Of a DNA stretch of 64,000 bases, positions 58,088 to 64,000 are shown one piece after another. Where the stretch lies: NCBI RefSeq assembly GCF_009914755.1, contig NC_060936.1. One strand, given 5' to 3'. The translations under genes and the position numbers were made by a program. The notes under the pieces were generated by a model. The model searched no databases. It saw only the letters and a program-made list of their open reading frames with translations, and was not told where the DNA came from. The stretch comes from the human T2T-CHM13v2.0 reference genome, Homo sapiens. Every line of letters begins with the position of its first letter. The first letter of the stretch is position 1.

Positions 58088-59534
58088 ACATTCCATCAAT
58101 TAAAATAAATCTGGATTTCTTCAAATCAGTATAAATTTACATATATTTTATAAATATATATTTTGATAAAATGTATTTTCCAAATGCCAATTAAATAGAG
58201 ATGTCAACTCTAATGATTTTGAAACATTTACTTGTTACATTATTAATGGGAAATCTGGGCCAATTCCCATGTATTTCTCCTAATGCCAAAAGATATAAAA
58301 TGATTCCATTTATAATTCAGAGCCTGGAGTCACTGCAAGTAAAACAGTTTTACTGTTAAATATTGCAAATCATTAGTGCTATCAGCATATATGCCTTTGG
58401 AGAATAGACTCACATTCTAACACAGACCAGCTTCCATTTATTGCAAGCATAAGAGTAAGTAAAACATGCCAAGCTAGCAGAACACATCTTAACCCTCTCA
58501 GGCAATTATTCTCCTTGTTTAAGTTTCCCTCAATAAGCATGAAAAGTAACAGACAACCAAGATGTTATGAGCTTGGAGTGCATGTCTCATAAACCAAACG
58601 TGAGGAGCTTTTTCTTCCGACTGTAATTCTCAAGCAGAAGAGGTTTCTTTATATGAACACCAGGAAACGGAGATTTTAAATCCCTAAGTTGCATGGAGCT
58701 TGTGAACTTTCAGGATGCTCCAATAGTTCCTTAAATACTCCCAAATCTTTCTCATGTGGGGCAAGCTTTTTTTTTCCTAAGCCTTTATCATCTGTCAGCA
58801 GCCAGTGATGCATTAGATATACGGCTTCATTTCTATAACAAATGTAAAAGACATACCCAAAATGAATTATAGAGAAACTAGCAGGGCAAACTGTTTGACT
58901 GAACTTCATTTTTGAAAATTTATCTTTTTTTCTCCTTACATAATCAAAAGCTCAAGTATCTGAGGGAGCCATTTTAACAACTCTGCTCTTAAGTAATAAT
59001 TAAATCTGCTGCCGCACAGGAGTTCTGCATCTTTATAAATGTCAACCCCATTCTGAAGAATCCAAGCTGCTCCCCAGCAGTTTGAACACCACGTTTATAA
59101 AGATATAAGATTTTGAAATGTCTTTTTCTCACTTATACATTTATAAATCATGAGCCAAAGTTAAATCCCAAATCAAGTGTGTACCAACAATTACTGGCAT
59201 GTATTCTAATAAGAGAACCCTTAGCAAATTAATACGAGTAAACACTATATTGAGGCTGCAGAAAGATATAAATATCTGAAGTTCAGTTACACTTAATTTT
59301 ATAAGGATATAATTTGACAATTCTTGAATATGATCGGTTCCTATCAATGAATTTTTCAAACCTATACACAATTATCTTTTTAAAGAATAGATACTAAAAA
59401 TAGGTTATTTTTCTGATTCACAAGCTCACTGAAATATGTCTGACTCTATTAAGGTTAATAAATAATGAATCTTTTCACTCTCTTTGGGTTGATGGGCATA
59501 AGAAAAAAATAAGGTAAGGGAGAATTTATGAGCA

Positions 59535-59990
59535 GGAGATTTATTGAGCACTTTCTAGATGCCAATTGTTAAACACTAGGAATATAAATAAGGTACAGTT
59601 TGCACCTTTAATGTGCAATCTTGGGAGGGGACAGACAGATAAACAGACTGTATCAAAATGAAAACGTGCGACAAGACAGAGGACACACAGGCGAGGGTGA
59701 GGAGGAGACAGGGAAGGCCTCCCAGAGAGGAAAGGAGTTGCAGGATGGAGCAAGCAAGGGCATAAAGGTCAAAGGAGAGGTAAGTTTAGGGTGACTGATT
59801 ACAAAGCACAGGGATGAGAATGGTGGTGAGGGACTAAATTAAGCCAGCTCACAGACAGCCTTGTACGCCTCAATAAGGAGTTTTGGATTGAGGAAAATGA
59901 GAGCTTCTGAAGGATTTTCAGTGTAATTTAGATAAATATTTTATGTTAGTTACTCTAGGAATGGTGTGGAGGGGGGCTTTGCTGGAACTA
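59535..59990 (-). mobile_element. L2 fragment
   Basis: atttattgagcactttctagatgcca reverse tail, followed by L2 body. Confidence 0.55.
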
Positions 59991-61556
59991 GAATTTAATA
60001 AGCAGCTATTATATGCCAGGTTCTTATAATCTCATTGAATCCTCACAATAATCTTAGACTTCATTATCTCCAATACATGGCTGAGGAATAGAGACTTAGA
60101 GAAATTAAGTGATTCAGCAAGATTACACAGTTGGTAAGTATAATAGTAAGACAGGAATTAAAATGCTGCCTGGTATGCAAACCCCAATTTTTCCAACTAT
60201 ATCACCATGTTGCACAAAATCCAAAATGAAACGTAAACAACCCATGCTTCATGACTAATACATGGATGCTCTTATAAATTAAGATAGAAGTCAGTGTTGA
60301 TATAAGAGGAATATGTAAAATGGGGCCAACATTACTATACACACTACCCTATACAGCAAATAACATAGAGAAACCCCAAATACTTTCACTATTGAGTTCA
60401 TATCCCATGGCTCTTTGTAAAGAGAAACTACTTACTCTTAAATTACAGTGTCCATCTTTGTCAACATCATTACTACTTGAAGTGATGTTTTCATGCTATT
60501 CTTCCTTTTCTATCTGCTTATTATTTATTTATTTATTTATTTATTGGCGTGTGTGAGGAGTGGGGAGCTGTCTAGCGGAGAAACCAAACTAGTAATCAAA
60601 TGTCTCAAACTACATTACCAGGTCATTAAGCCTAAGTTGGAAGTATTAGGCTTTATCAGCTGCTATTGTACACATGAGGCACATTATATAACCAATCAAA
60701 TGCTATTAAGTCACTTTGAAGGACATCACTATTTTCTCAAAATCAAACTACCCTCTAAGCAAGTTGGTTAGAAAAAAAATAGTCTTCAGAGTGTTATAGC
60801 TGGAACTATGTAGAGCAAGAATACATCTTTGCATTGTTTGTTTTGTGTCTGTATGCCCACTTCAGGGATTCAATATTCCCACTTTATAGATGAGAAAACT
60901 TAGGGTCATGAAAAGGAACGACAAGTACACTTTCACGGAGTGTGTGAATCTCAGACTTGGGGCCCTTGCATCCAAATCTGTTGATTCATATCACTTAATC
61001 CTTTCTCTTTATGCTTTAGAAAGATAAAAACAATAATTTAGAGTGTATTTTCAAAGATCAAAGCATTTATAAATCAACAAGGCAATAGAGGAAGCCATTT
61101 TTTCCATGTTTTTACAAGGATATTGTAGATCTTTTAACTTTCTAAGATAGCAAAAAATAAAAGCCTGTGGTTCTCATTATCCCCAATGCTAATAACTAAA
61201 TATAAACATATTAATAACACAGTGTGCTGGAGACATGAACAGAACTACCTAGATTCTGCCACAACAGTGTTCTCCAAAGTGGGTTCTGGGGAACACTAAT
61301 CCCATAAGATATTCTTTTATTGTTCCTATAAGTTTGTGAAACACTGAATATTTTATTCTCTTCATGCAGACTTCTAACCTCTCTGACATATAAAAGTTTT
61401 GATACATCTTGCAATGCAAAAGACCTGTTTAACCTTATTTAAATCAGAGTTTTTCTAAATAATAAAAATTAAAAAAAAGGGATAGTTGAATCTCAGTGAT
61501 TGTGAGCCCAGAAAATTTTATAGCATTTCTAGATTCAACTCCAACAGAATACTTAA

Positions 61557-62834
<1,278 letters not shown>

Positions 62835-63119
62835 AAAAGTGAAACCAAAGCTTGGATTTTATTATTTTAATATAATTTTCACATTAAAAATAGTAATGAT
62901 TAACTACTGTGAGCCAGGTGTTTTGTTAGGCCAGTGGTAGCAAGGAAGTTGAAACTAATGTGTCACTCACAGTGAATCTGTAGTAAGCAGCTATCTCTAG
63001 GGTGGAGTTCAGAAATACTATGGGGCTCTGGCTAGTCTCAGGAAAAAAAAAAAAAAAAAGAACAATTTGCAATGTTTTCCTCAAGCACAGAATTGAAGAG
63101 TGGAGGCATAAGTTAAGTG

Positions 63120-63500
63120 CTGGGTATTTTCCATCTATGCTCTAGGCACTGAGGATATATAAATGAATAAAATGTGGTTCCTGACTTCAAGGAGCTCATT
63201 TTGAGGTGCAGGGAGGTAAGGCATATCATCATATAAATTCAAAATAGGGAGACAAGAATAAGAGTAGTAAGCTATCATAGAAAGAGGAAAAGAGATGTGA
63301 TCAGTGAGCTTCAAAGACTGGAGGACACTTGAGCTAAGTCTTGAAGGATAAGTACAAGCTTATCAAGTGTGCAGAGATGATGGAGTGTCTGAAACTACAG
63401 GTAAAGCCATATTAATGTCGAGCACAGAAGTGTGAACTGGTGCAGCACCTTGGAGGCTTTTGGTAGCTCAGTATCTCAGGAGTGTGAGGTTTATAGAGGA
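63120..63500 (-). mobile_element. L2 fragment
   Basis: ctaggcactgaggatatataaatgaataaaatgtggttcctgacttcaaggagctca. Confidence 0.6.
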
Positions 63501-64000
63501 AACACTGCCTACCTTTCCTTTGATCATGCTTTCCAGGGCAAGTCTCTCAACAATATTCACCATGTTTTTTTGTTTTGAGGGTGGGGTGTTAATGTATGTC
63601 TTCACTTTCAGTACTATGAAGTTATTCAGCATGGTAAAGGAATAGATATTCTCCATAATTTAATAATATGGTTAGGAGATTACTGTATATATAAGAGATC
63701 ATTTTTCTAATTTTCCAAATGGTCTGTATGCTCTTTACTAAAACAACGCTATAAAAGTATAGAAAATTATATATATAATATATGGCACTCTTACTGCTTC
63801 TTTGCAAGAATTTACTTTCAACACCATAGGTTTCATAACTCAGTTTTTATGCTTAAGAAATTAAGATGAAAGTGAATCTATTGTATGATATATCCTGGAA
63901 CTACTCTTAAAAATATAAATTATTCAAAATCACTCAAATTGACTTGTGTTTCTTGGCATTTTTTGACTTTTTTTTGCAGATTCTAGCTACTAAAACTCTC

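Overview
This is AT-rich primate (most likely human) genomic DNA, almost all intronic or intergenic and dense in old and young interspersed repeats: Alu, L1, L2, MIR, MaLR LTRs and hAT DNA transposons. There is one convincing protein-coding exon, on the minus strand (ATG 9636, CDS 9636-9504, phase-1 donor GAA|GTAAGC), encoding MDRFLGFVKAIRRSRRRKGKKYRPEEDYHEGYEDVYYYASEHFR. From memory I recognise it as an alternative N-terminal exon of GRIP1 (glutamate receptor interacting protein 1); this was not checked by search. All other ORFs in the track are repeat-derived or look like chance ORFs. I see no multi-gene novel system. The most interesting items are: (1) the exon's architecture, with a strong competing donor 11 nt upstream of the ATG, stacked uORFs, an acceptor and a possible upstream mini-exon or LTR promoters; (2) a 30-bp perfect inverted repeat at 13423-13497; (3) several template-switch or deletion scars inside old retroelements. 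Repeat subfamily names come from recalled consensus sequences and boundaries are approximate.
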